Shown piece after piece: positions 9,615 through 18,409 of a stretch of 64,000 nucleotides of DNA. The stretch comes from Candidatus Latescibacterota bacterium (GTDB taxonomy: Bacteria; Latescibacterota; UBA2968; GCA-2709665), in assembly GCA_965116875.1 (NCBI GenBank), contig OZ220733.1:1760001-1824000 (forward strand). Reading direction: 5' to 3'. The notes beneath the pieces were generated by a model. The model saw only the letters and a list, made by a program, of their open reading frames with translations, was not told where the DNA came from and made no database searches. How positions within the stretch are numbered: the first letter of the stretch is position 1; each line of letters opens with the position of its first letter. Made by a program: the position numbers and the translations under genes.

Positions 9615-10019
9615 TTAGAATAGCCATGTGCCTGGATTCGGGTAGGCCTCGCCTCGCAGGTCGTACATCAGCCCCTTTGTGCACCGGACGATAGTCCAGA
9701 TCACGCCGAATATCCACCCGGCTGAGCCTGCCGCAATCATCAGGCCCATCAGGCCGAAATCGTCAGAGAACACAAACCCGATCGAGGAAACAATGGCCGC
9801 GAAGGCGATCAGGATGTAAAGCCATCCAATCCAGAACGTCCGAATCTGAAACCGATAGTGCGAAACCAGCCCATCCGGCGCATCCGATCGGCACACATAG
9901 GCCAGGACGACACCCGCCAATCCTCCGATAGGACCGATAAAGAACTCGGCCAGGAATAGTATGTAGACGACCCTTGCGGCGGAAATGGTATCCAGATGTC
10001 TCAGTACCGTATCAGGCAT
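9615..10019 (-). CDS. Small membrane protein, DUF4870-like
   Basis: 3-4 hydrophobic segments; SHYRFQIRTFWIG motif; AGGAGG RBS. Confidence 0.7.
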   Translation of the reverse strand: MPDTVLRHLDTISAARVVYILFLAEFFIGPIGGLAGVVLAYVCRSDAPDGLVSHYRFQIRTFWIGWLYILIAFAAIVSSIGFVFSDDFGLMGLMIAAGSAGWIFGVIWTIVRCTKGLMYDLRGEAYPNPGTWLF

Positions 10020-10093
10020 GGTGTCCTCCTATCGGGAACGACACCCATGATCGAACGATGGGAATTGTGGGGCCTCCCGGCGGTTTATCCTCT

Positions 10094-10211
10094 TGCGATT
10101 ATCGTGCCATGAATTCAACTTATTAAATAACAATTATATATGTAATCCTTGTCCAATGACGCTGTTCGGCAAGTGTTCGAAAATGATACACTATTGTCCG
10201 AAAACGGACAC
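10094..10211 (-). promoter_or_regulatory. Sigma-54 promoter with IHF-like site and tandem UAS
   Basis: Minus strand TGGCAC-GATAA-TCGCA (10094-10109); TTCAACTTATTA; TGTTCGAAAATGATACA and TGTCCGAAAACGGACA (10174-10210). Confidence 0.75.
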
Positions 10212-10331
10212 TGCGACAATACTCAGGACTATTTTCCGTAAAGCAGCTCATCACCTCGAAAATCTCGCGTCTCACATCTTGCCTTTTTTTCGTCCTTCTT
10301 CCTTCCTCCTTCTCCCGGCTCTTGGCGAACC

Positions 10332-10420
10332 GCCCCTACAAATGCCTCCATCCGCAATATTGATATTGCCTTATTATGCGCCGTCGTTGCATTTGTAGGG
10401 GCAACCCTCGTGGTTGCCCG
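10332..10420. repeat. GTAG-type REP-like inverted pair
   Basis: GCCCCTACAAATGC ... GCATTTGTAGGGGC inverted arms; GTAGGGGCAACCCTCGTGGTTGCCC palindrome. Confidence 0.6.
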
Positions 10421-10613
10421 CCTTTAGCGATCGCCCACATAACGGCACAGACATCGCCGATAGATTTCGCTTGGCCATATTGCTTACGGTGTTAGCTGAA
10501 GGCTGATAGCTGACGCCTGACGGCAGGTTTTGATTTCCTGGAACAAAACCACACGGAAAACGATCAAATCCATGAAACCAACGATGTACTTACTTCAAAA
10601 GGGGGTGGTGACC

Positions 10614-10688
10614 GTGCCACAGATCAAACGGCGAAGACGCCGCCCGAGGCTCATATTCGTCAAGGGTCAACGGCGACCAAAGGGATAA
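10614..10688 (+). CDS. Putative 24-aa Arg-rich peptide
   Basis: GGGGGTGGTGA SD-like sequence, GTG start, MPQIKRRRRRPRLIFVKGQRRPKG*, followed directly by a terminator. Confidence 0.4.
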   Translation: MPQIKRRRRRPRLIFVKGQRRPKG

Positions 10689-10700
10689 TTTAGCGCAAAG

Positions 10701-10736
10701 AACCACCGGTCCTGGAGAGAGGCCGGTGGTTTTTTT
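10701..10736 (+). terminator. Intrinsic terminator
   Basis: AACCACCGGTCC...GGCCGGTGGTT stem followed by a T-tract. Confidence 0.75.
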
Positions 10737-10871
10737 CATACGACCCTCCGCAAGTGGGTAGACGTAAGACGTGAGAGGGTAGAGATTGCCTGCCCGGTGG
10801 GGGTTTCAGTTCGAGCCATCGGCAAACAGGTGTAGCCTGTCGGGAAAGGATCTCATCTCCCGTCTTCCGTC

Positions 10872-12038
10872 TTACGTCTCCCCGCTTTTAGGTATTTTCC
10901 ATACCAGCAGAACGCCGGCGATCATCAGAGCCGCGCTGACTTCGAATGCCCGCCGAAGGCCATAGGCGTCGCCCATCATACCCAGCAGCAGCATTGCCAG
11001 CCCCCGAAGCGCAAATCCCCCGCCCATATAGATCCCGTTGGCGAACGCCCGGTTCTCCGGGCAGCTTTCCTGCACCATCGCCATGACCACGGGACCCGTC
11101 GACAGCGCGACAAAGCCCAGGACGACCAGGACCGGGAACAGAAACCATCCCTGGCTGTCGAGAAAGACGAAGAGCAGAATGGGCGTCGCGATCATCGAAC
11201 AGCCCAGCACCCGCCTGCGTCCCAGCCTGTCGCTCACCCATCCGCCGATCAGCGCCCCCGCGATGCCCGCGCCTTCGAGGACCGAAAGGGACGCGCCGGC
11301 CAGCCACAGGCTCGCGCCCTCTTCGCTCAGGAACGTGGGAAGGAATGCGGTGAGCGAAGCCATCGTAAACGCGCGGACGAACACGATGCCGGACAAGGGT
11401 ACCATAACGGGCGCCATACGTTTCAGGGCGGACCGCCATGGCAGCGCCCTATAGAACGAAAACGCCTGCGCCGAAACACGCCTCATCCGAAACAACAGTA
11501 CGAGTGAGGCCACTACGCCCGCGGGAATCAGATAGGCCGTTCCGGCAACCCCCCACACGCCAACGACGCTCACGATCAGAATCGGCCCCAGCGTGCGGCC
11601 GAGTTCACCGCACAGCATCCAGATGCCCATGCCGCGACCCAGGTTCGGTCCGGACAGGGTTCCCGCCATCGCCGGTCCAACCGCGTGGAAGGCCGCGGAA
11701 CTGAAGCCGACGATCAACAGGAGCGCGACGAGCGTCGAGTACCCGCCCGCCACGCCGAGCAAACTCATCGCGATGCCCGTGACCGCGGGTCCGAGAATGA
11801 CGAGAAAGCGCAGATTCGAGCGGTCCGCCCGAAGTCCCACGATCGGCTGAAAGACCGACGGCGCCTGTCTCACGACCATCAGCATGCCGGCCTCGGTCTT
11901 GGTCAGAGACATGGTCTGAATGAAGACCGGCAGCAGGGGCGCGAGAAATCCGCTGTACGTATCGTGTACGGCGTGCCCGCCCGAAAGCATGAGCACGTCG
12001 GTGGTCTGGAAACGCTCTTCCTGCCGTTTCTGCGACAT
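10872..12038 (-). CDS. MFS transporter (Fsr/fosmidomycin-resistance-like)
   Basis: ~12 TM helices; GHAVHDTYSGFLAPLLP and GGWVSDRLGRR motifs. Confidence 0.85.
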   Translation of the reverse strand: MSQKRQEERFQTTDVLMLSGGHAVHDTYSGFLAPLLPVFIQTMSLTKTEAGMLMVVRQAPSVFQPIVGLRADRSNLRFLVILGPAVTGIAMSLLGVAGGYSTLVALLLIVGFSSAAFHAVGPAMAGTLSGPNLGRGMGIWMLCGELGRTLGPILIVSVVGVWGVAGTAYLIPAGVVASLVLLFRMRRVSAQAFSFYRALPWRSALKRMAPVMVPLSGIVFVRAFTMASLTAFLPTFLSEEGASLWLAGASLSVLEGAGIAGALIGGWVSDRLGRRRVLGCSMIATPILLFVFLDSQGWFLFPVLVVLGFVALSTGPVVMAMVQESCPENRAFANGIYMGGGFALRGLAMLLLGMMGDAYGLRRAFEVSAALMIAGVLLVWKIPKSGET

Positions 12039-12278
12039 TGACTTCTCAAAATAAAAAGCGGTCCTGAATGACCGCTTTTCAAGCCTCTTCAATTCACAAA
12101 GCGGGAATTGACATGGATGGACAGAATAAAGTCACAAACGCAGGAAAATCGCCCGCGATTGCGGATTGCCCCAATGAATCCATGGACCGCAGACCGCGCA
12201 ACAACAATGTAGCCAACCTGATTCCATAACGTCAAGCTTGAAATCGTCCCTGGCGTCGCTCCCTGACGGCGCACCGAC

Positions 12279-13676
12279 TTATACGCGTACCCAGTACAGG
12301 TGGTTGTCTATTGTCTCGCCCTCAACCGTGTATCGGGAATCGCCCAGCGTGTAGATGAAGGACGGACGGGCGCCTGGCGGGATGGGATTGGCGCCATTCG
12401 TGCGTTCCAGGGAAGACATAAGCTGACCCTGTTCAGGGTCGAATGCCAGCACCTCACGCGGCGTGAATGTCTCCCCGTAATCGGACGATTCGAGCCAGAC
12501 GATCCGCGAGAGTTCCGGATGGTCGCGCAGCCAGAAGGAGGGCAGGCCATGGATGCCCGGGGCCCAGTTCTCATCCGGGTGCCCCAGGGCAACGATTTGG
12601 GCGAGAATGCACAGGACGTCGTCGGACGTTATGACCGGCTTGAAGGCGAGTACCCCCCAGCCGGGCCAGTGCGACGCCACGGCCTCGCCTAACGGCAGTC
12701 CGCGCCACCTCCCGGCGTCCGGCGTCTTCAGGAAAACGCGACATGGCGTGGGTGTGTGGCGGACGTAGCCGACGTAGGGACGGTCCTTCGAGTCGACGGC
12801 CAGGCCGCAGTGGTGAATGCCGGGCTTGGGGTTGTCGCTCTCGCCCTCCTCCAGCAGGTCAAGCGTTTCCGGCGTTGCCGGAAGCGGAACCGGCGTCCCG
12901 TCGTCCTTCTGCCAGGTGCAGCCGAAGTCGAGGGAACGCATGTAGCCCACGGCCTGGTACAGACCGGCCACGTCGCGTGAGTGCTCCCCCGCATTCGCCC
13001 TGCGCCCCAGGAAAAAGGCCATGCTCATATGCATTGTCTTCCGGTCCGGGCCCCAGGCCACGTCGTTGTTCATGCCGGTGTACCCGGTGAATCGCCGTTG
13101 CCGGGTCACGATCAGGCCGCGGCTTTGCCACGGCTCGGCAGTCGGTTTCTCCCACAATTCCATGCCTTTGTGGTCGCCGTCGCGGGCGAAGAGGTGAAGC
13201 GCGTCATCGGGGCCGCACAGGAGTACGGGATAGGTGTTTCGGCCGAAGGCCTCGACGGAGGTCCAGGCAGACGCATCGTGCGGACGCAGCGATCGCTGGT
13301 ACTGCAGAGGCGAGTTGTGCCCGCCCATGACCATGTGGAGGTAACCCTTGCTATCAACCGCAAGGGTGGGACGGGAATGCTCGTCGACGCCCTCGGCCAG
13401 GATGGGGCCGCCGGTCCACCGGTCCGTTTCATGATCGAGCGTGCGTACCCGTGCGAAGTACCTCTGATCGTACGAGTCCTGCCAGGCAACGTGGGTTTTT
13501 CCGCGGCAGGCAACGATCTTGTTCCCCGGCCCCTGGCTTGCGCGTTCGCCGGCGATCACGGACAGCAAGGCGTCGCCGCGTTTGCGATCGGCAGCGGCAA
13601 ACGGGTCGTCCACGTCGCAGTTCCTGATACGTTCGAACAATTCAGCTTCCACTTGCTCTCCTCCCTTGCTGTTCAT
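12279..13676 (-). CDS. BNR/Asp-box repeat beta-propeller protein (BNR_4-like)
   Basis: DEHSRPTLAVDSKGYLHMVMGGHNS; Asp boxes RSLDFGCTW and SSDYGETF. Confidence 0.7.
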   Translation of the reverse strand: MNSKGGEQVEAELFERIRNCDVDDPFAAADRKRGDALLSVIAGERASQGPGNKIVACRGKTHVAWQDSYDQRYFARVRTLDHETDRWTGGPILAEGVDEHSRPTLAVDSKGYLHMVMGGHNSPLQYQRSLRPHDASAWTSVEAFGRNTYPVLLCGPDDALHLFARDGDHKGMELWEKPTAEPWQSRGLIVTRQRRFTGYTGMNNDVAWGPDRKTMHMSMAFFLGRRANAGEHSRDVAGLYQAVGYMRSLDFGCTWQKDDGTPVPLPATPETLDLLEEGESDNPKPGIHHCGLAVDSKDRPYVGYVRHTPTPCRVFLKTPDAGRWRGLPLGEAVASHWPGWGVLAFKPVITSDDVLCILAQIVALGHPDENWAPGIHGLPSFWLRDHPELSRIVWLESSDYGETFTPREVLAFDPEQGQLMSSLERTNGANPIPPGARPSFIYTLGDSRYTVEGETIDNHLYWVRV

Positions 13677-13679
13677 CGT

Positions 13680-14061
13680 GCGCGATTTGCAATAACCATC
13701 GGCGAAATCTGTCGGTCAGGTGTCGGTACAAGTTGCCATCGCGAGGAAGCGTCTGCGTAAGAAAGCCTGGTGCGGGCATTTCGACATTTCGACACCCTTC
13801 GACAGGCTCAGGGACCGAGCTCAATGCAGGCATGCTTGCTTCGACAAGCTCAGCACAGGCAATGACCACGCGTGGATATGCGATCTTAGACGTCGCTCAG
13901 AACGACATGCTGGCCTATAGTTAAGCACGACGCTTCCCGCTGTCATCCAGAGGAGGCGGAAGTTAAGGTGGGGCGGACATTCCTTTCTGCCCGCATGTCG
14001 ACGAATCGTCCGCGCACAAGTTTGTCTACAAAAGCCATATGCTACACGTTCGAGCGAGAAG
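13680..14061. repeat. Mosaic REP-like repeat block 1
   Basis: Modules shared with blocks 2-8 (CTTCGACAGGCTCA, GTGGGGCGGACATTCC, AGTTTGTCTACAAAAGCCATATGCTACACG). Confidence 0.85.
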
Positions 14062-14148
14062 TCACTATGTTAAAATGAGTTGAGCCTCAGCTTGTGAGAG
14101 TATACTTTGCCTTTGCCCGTAACAAACACTTTCACAAGGAGGCTCGTG

Positions 14149-15219
14149 ATGGCAAGGTATACCGTTGAAGCGTGGGATGGCAAGGATCTTTTCGTGGGCA
14201 TCGACATGCATCTCAAGCAGTGGCACGTGACGATTCTCAACGAGGATGGGTTGCGACTGTTCTCCAATCGCATCGCAGGCACAGCAGAGGCGATCGATAA
14301 GGTGTTGAGTCGTTATGGCGAAGCGAAAGAGATCTTTGCGGTGTATGAAGCCGGTTATTTCGGTTTCTGGTTATATGATTTTCTTGTCGATATGGGTGTG
14401 TCTGCTTCGGTGACGCCGCCGAGCCTGATCCCGAGCCAGAGTGGGAATCGGGTCAAGACGGATTCCATCGACAGCTTCAAGCTGGCGGATTATCTGAGGA
14501 CGGACCTGCTGGCATCGATCTATGTGCCGACGCATGAAGAGCGGTGCCACCGCCAAGTGAGTCGTCGCCGCCGGCAGTTCATCAAGGATCGGGTGCGTGT
14601 ACAACTACGGATCAAGGCCGAACTGCGGTATATGGGTTTGTATGTGCACGAAGAATCCAGAGGGACGTGGTCTGACAAGTTCGTGACCGCACTGCGTGGT
14701 GTGGACCTGGGGGAGCCGTGTGCGCAGGAAAGCTTCGAGAACATGCTGGAACAATACGATGATCTGTGTGAACTGGTGGGGCGCCAGACGAAAATGCTGT
14801 GGGAGCTTGCGCAAACAGACACGTATCGGGATCGGGTGGCGATCCTGACGTCGATCCCGGGCGTGGGATGCTTGTCTGCCATGGAGATCCTCCTGGAACT
14901 GCAGGATGTGGCGCGCTTCAAGAACGCAGATGCGCTGGCGGCCTACGTGGGGCTGACGCCCGGCCAGCACTCGTCGGGCGAGCACGTGAGGCACGGGCGC
15001 ATCACCCGCCAGGGAAAGCCCATTGTACGTGCGTTACTTACCCAGGCGGCCTGGCGCCTGATCGAGAAAGATCCCGCGATGCAGGAAAAATACGAACACT
15101 TGAAGGTGCGTGCCGGTGGCAAACGCGCCATCGTCGGTGTTGCCAGAATCCTGGTGGGCCGTATGCGCAGGATCCTGCTGAATGGAGAGCCCTATCAGCT
15201 GGGCCTCATCGCCGGGTGA
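14149..15219 (+). CDS. IS110-family recombinase/transposase (DEDD RuvC plus Tnp domain)
   Basis: VGIDMH, VYEAG and KTDSID (DEDD); SIPGVG and GLTPGQHSSG (conserved Ser); AAGGAGG RBS. Confidence 0.95.
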   Translation: MARYTVEAWDGKDLFVGIDMHLKQWHVTILNEDGLRLFSNRIAGTAEAIDKVLSRYGEAKEIFAVYEAGYFGFWLYDFLVDMGVSASVTPPSLIPSQSGNRVKTDSIDSFKLADYLRTDLLASIYVPTHEERCHRQVSRRRRQFIKDRVRVQLRIKAELRYMGLYVHEESRGTWSDKFVTALRGVDLGEPCAQESFENMLEQYDDLCELVGRQTKMLWELAQTDTYRDRVAILTSIPGVGCLSAMEILLELQDVARFKNADALAAYVGLTPGQHSSGEHVRHGRITRQGKPIVRALLTQAAWRLIEKDPAMQEKYEHLKVRAGGKRAIVGVARILVGRMRRILLNGEPYQLGLIAG

Positions 15220-15224
15220 ACACA

Positions 15225-15610
15225 CGGTCGCAACAGATGCCTGCGCACGCACCGCTTTTGATCGCGGAGTACAGGGGACGGCGCCTACCGTCTTGTAGAC
15301 CCACAGGGTACTACGTAAGTGAAGTTTGCACGCCCCGTCCCCTATCGCACGGCTCCGGATAAATGACATGTCAGCGCCTGCACCAGGCGACTACGAATAG
15401 TAGATTGGTAGCGTTGCCCCAGCATCTGAGGCCATCCAACAGAGAACACCGTACGCCTGGTCCCTACTGCTGTCGTGCGGCAGGGAACCATTCAGGCCTC
15501 AATGACGTTTATTTCGTTCATTCCGACACGCTCGACGAGCGTGTCGGAATGAACGCGTCGCATAGGTACGCATAATGGTAGAGTAACCCCAGCATCTGAG
15601 GCCAACATAT
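15225..15610 (+). ncRNA. Predicted bridge/seek RNA region of IS copy 1 (RNA ends undefined)
   Basis: Stem AGGGGACGG/CCGTCCCCT encloses an internal loop with CTACCGTCTT (9/10 match to target bottom strand) and GAAG; a second loop carries ATAGTAG matching the circle junction. Confidence 0.7.
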
Positions 15611-15641
15611 GGTCGTTTTCTCTTGACTTTTAACATAGTAG

Positions 15642-16393
15642 ACGGGAGATTCTTCGCTCCGCTCCGAATGACATGATGGCCGATAGCCGAGCACGATGCT
15701 TCGCGCTATCATCCAGAGGAGGCCGGGGTGCAACGTCTAGGAAACCCATCCGTGACACGTAAGACCAGATCGTCAAGCAGACGAGTCCCCCAGGCCGACG
15801 AAGGATCTACTGCAGCATGGGATGATGTCAAAGCGTCTGGCATTCGGTCCGCCAACAAATGCAGCACAATACCGCTTTTGCTTTGACTCCGCTCAGAATG
15901 ACAGACTTTGCAATAACCACTCGCGAAATGTATCGGTCAAGTGTCGGAACAAACGTTCATGCGGAGGAAGCCGAAAGGCAGTCGAAGCCTCCGCGCACGA
16001 GTTTGTCTACAAAAGCCATATGCTACACGTTCGAGCGAGAAGACGGGAGATTCTTCGCTCCGCTACGAATGACATGACTTGCAACAACCATTGGCGAAAT
16101 GAACCGGCCAGATCTTCGCTCCGCTCTGAATGACATGCCGGCCGATCGTCAAGCCCATTGCTTCCCCCTGCCATCCAGAGGAGGCCTGCACACAACGTCC
16201 AGGAATCACATCCGTTACTACGTGAGACCAGATTTTCGTGCAGAGGCGTCCCCAGGCCGACGAAGGATCTACTGCGGCATGGGATCATCCCCCGCGATTT
16301 GCACATGGCGACGCCTGAAAGGCAGCACGAAGACCAAGCGTCCGCGCACAAGTTTGTCTATAAAAGCCATATGCTACGCGTACGAGCGAGAAG
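15642..16393. repeat. Mosaic REP-like repeat block 2 (contains an empty IS target, core at 16041-16042)
   Basis: Several GATTCTTCGCTCCGCT..GAATGACA units and CAGGCCGACGAAGGATCT units. Confidence 0.88.
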
Positions 16394-16480
16394 TCACTAT
16401 GTTAAAATGAGTTGAGCCTCAGCTTGTGAGAGTATACTTTGCCGTTGTCCATAACAAACACTTTCACAAGGAGGCTCGTG

Positions 16481-17551
16481 ATGGCAAGGTATACCGTTGA
16501 AGCGTGGGATGGCAAGGTTCTTTTCGTGGGCATCGACATGCATCTCAAGCAGTGGCACGTGACCATTCTCAACGAGGATGGGTTGCGACTGTTCTCCAAT
16601 CGCATCGCAGGCACAGCAGAGGCGATCGATAAGGTGTTGAGTCGTTATGGCGAAGCGAAAGAGATCTTTGCGGTGTATGAAGCCGGTTATTTCGGTTTCT
16701 GGTTATACGATTTTCTTGTTGAAATGGGTGTGTCTGCTTCGGTGACGCCGCCGAGCCTGATCCCGAGCCAGAGTGGGAATCGGGTCAAGACGGATCCCAT
16801 CGACAGCTTCAAGCTGGCGGATTATCTGAGGACAGGCCTTCTGACATCGATCTATGTGCCGACGCATGAAGAGCGGTGCCACCGCCAGGTGAGTCGTCGC
16901 CGCCGGCAGTTCATCAAGGATCGGGTGCGTGTACAACTACGGATCAAGGCCGAACTGCGGTATATGGGTGTGTATGTGCCCGAAGAATCCAGAGGGACGT
17001 GGTCTGACAAGTTCGTGACCGCACTTGGCGGTGTGGACCTCGGGGAGCCGTGTGCGCAGGAAAGCTTTGAGAACATGCTGGAACAATACGATGATCTGTG
17101 TGAACTGGTGGGGCGCCAGACGAAAATGCTGTGGGAGCTTGCCCAAACAGACACGTATCGGGACCGGGTGGCGATCCTGACGTCGATCCCGGGCGTGGGA
17201 TGCCTGTCTGCCATGGAGATCCTCCTTGAGCTGCAGGATGTGGCACGCTTTGAGAGCGCAGATGCGCTGGCGGCCTACGCGGGGCTGACGCCAGGCCAGC
17301 ATTCGTCGGGTGAGCACGTGAGGCACGGGCGCATCACCCGCCAGGGGAAACCGATGGTGCGTGCGTTACTCATCCAGGCGGCCTGGCGCCTGATCGAGAA
17401 AGACCCCGCGATGCAGGAAAAATACGAACGCATGAAGGTGCCTGCCGGTGGCAAACGCGCCATCGTCGGTGTTGCCAGAAACCTGCTGGGCCGAATGCGC
17501 AGGATCTTGCTGAATGGAGAGCCCTATCAGCTGGGCCTCATCGCCGGGTGA
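16481..17551 (+). CDS. IS110-family recombinase/transposase
   Basis: Near-identical to copy 1; DEDD and GLTPGQHSSG motifs intact. Confidence 0.95.
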   Translation: MARYTVEAWDGKVLFVGIDMHLKQWHVTILNEDGLRLFSNRIAGTAEAIDKVLSRYGEAKEIFAVYEAGYFGFWLYDFLVEMGVSASVTPPSLIPSQSGNRVKTDPIDSFKLADYLRTGLLTSIYVPTHEERCHRQVSRRRRQFIKDRVRVQLRIKAELRYMGVYVPEESRGTWSDKFVTALGGVDLGEPCAQESFENMLEQYDDLCELVGRQTKMLWELAQTDTYRDRVAILTSIPGVGCLSAMEILLELQDVARFESADALAAYAGLTPGQHSSGEHVRHGRITRQGKPMVRALLIQAAWRLIEKDPAMQEKYERMKVPAGGKRAIVGVARNLLGRMRRILLNGEPYQLGLIAG

Positions 17552-17556
17552 ACACA

Positions 17557-17940
17557 CGGTCACATCAGATGGCTGCGCACGCACTGCTTTTAATCGCGGA
17601 GTACGGGGACGGCGCCTCCCGTCTTGTAGACCCTCAGGGTACTACGTAAGTTGAGTTTGCACGCCCCGGCCCCTATCGCACGGCTCCGGATAAATGACAT
17701 GTCAGCGCCTGCACCAGGCGACTACGAATAGTAGATTGGTAGCGTTGCCCCAGCATCTGAAGCCATCCAGAAGGGAATACCGTACGCCTGGTCCCTACTG
17801 CTGTCGTACGGTAGGGAACCATTCAGGACTCAATGACGTTTATTTCGTTCATTCCGACACGCTCGACGAGCGTGTCGGAATGAACGCGTGGCATAGGTAC
17901 GCACAATGGTAGAGTAACCCAAACATCTGAGGCCAAGATA
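17557..17940 (+). ncRNA. Predicted bridge/seek RNA region of IS copy 2
   Basis: CTCCCGTCTT (17616-17625) is the exact reverse complement of target AAGACGGGAG; ATAGTAG (17728-17734) matches the donor junction. Confidence 0.72.
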
Positions 17941-17972
17941 TTATCCTTTTCTCTTGACTTTTAACATAGTAG

Positions 17973-18405
17973 ACGGGAGATTCTTCGCTGCGCTCCGAGT
18001 GATTTGACTCGCAACAGCCATTGCCGACGTGAACCGGCCAGATCTTCGCTCCGCTCTGAATGACATGCTGGCTAATAGCCGAGTACGATGCTTCCCGCTG
18101 TCATCCAGAGGAGGCCTGGGTGCAACGTCCAAGAAACACATCCGTTACGCCTGAGATCAGTTTTTCACGTAGAGAAAGCCCCAGGCCGACGAAGGATCTA
18201 CTGCGGCATTGGATGATTGCAAAGCGCCTGGCATTCGGTCCACCAACAAATGCAGCACAAAACCGCTCTTGCTTCGACTTCGCTCAGAATAACACGCTGG
18301 TCCATAGTCAAGCGCATTGCTTCCCGCTGTCATCCAGAGGACTTGCCCTGAGCCTGTCGAAGGGGCCTGGGTGAAGGTGGGGCGGACATTCATGTCTGCC
18401 CGCTC
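17973..18405. repeat. Mosaic REP-like repeat block 3
   Basis: Same modules and orientation; ends in GTGGGGCGGACATTCATGTCTGCCCGCTC abutting the permease 3' end. Confidence 0.88.
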
Positions 18406-18409
18406 TCAC

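Larger units (their letters stand above)
14062..15641 (+). mobile_element. IS110-family, IS1111-type insertion sequence, copy 1 (~1580 bp)
   Basis: 12-bp subterminal IRs ACTATGTTAAAA (14064-14075) and TTTTAACATAGT (15628-15639); AG core at both junctions; removing the element restores the repeat GAGCGAGA-AG-ACGGGAG found intact elsewhere. Confidence 0.93.
16394..17972 (+). mobile_element. IS110-family, IS1111-type insertion sequence, copy 2 (~1579 bp)
   Basis: Same ends, IRs, AG core and target repeat as copy 1; scattered substitutions relative to copy 1. Confidence 0.93.

Noticed and set aside
14062-17972. Composite transposon formed by the two IS copies
   Set aside because: The 750 bp between them is only repeat sequence with no cargo gene, and each copy has its own complete target junctions.
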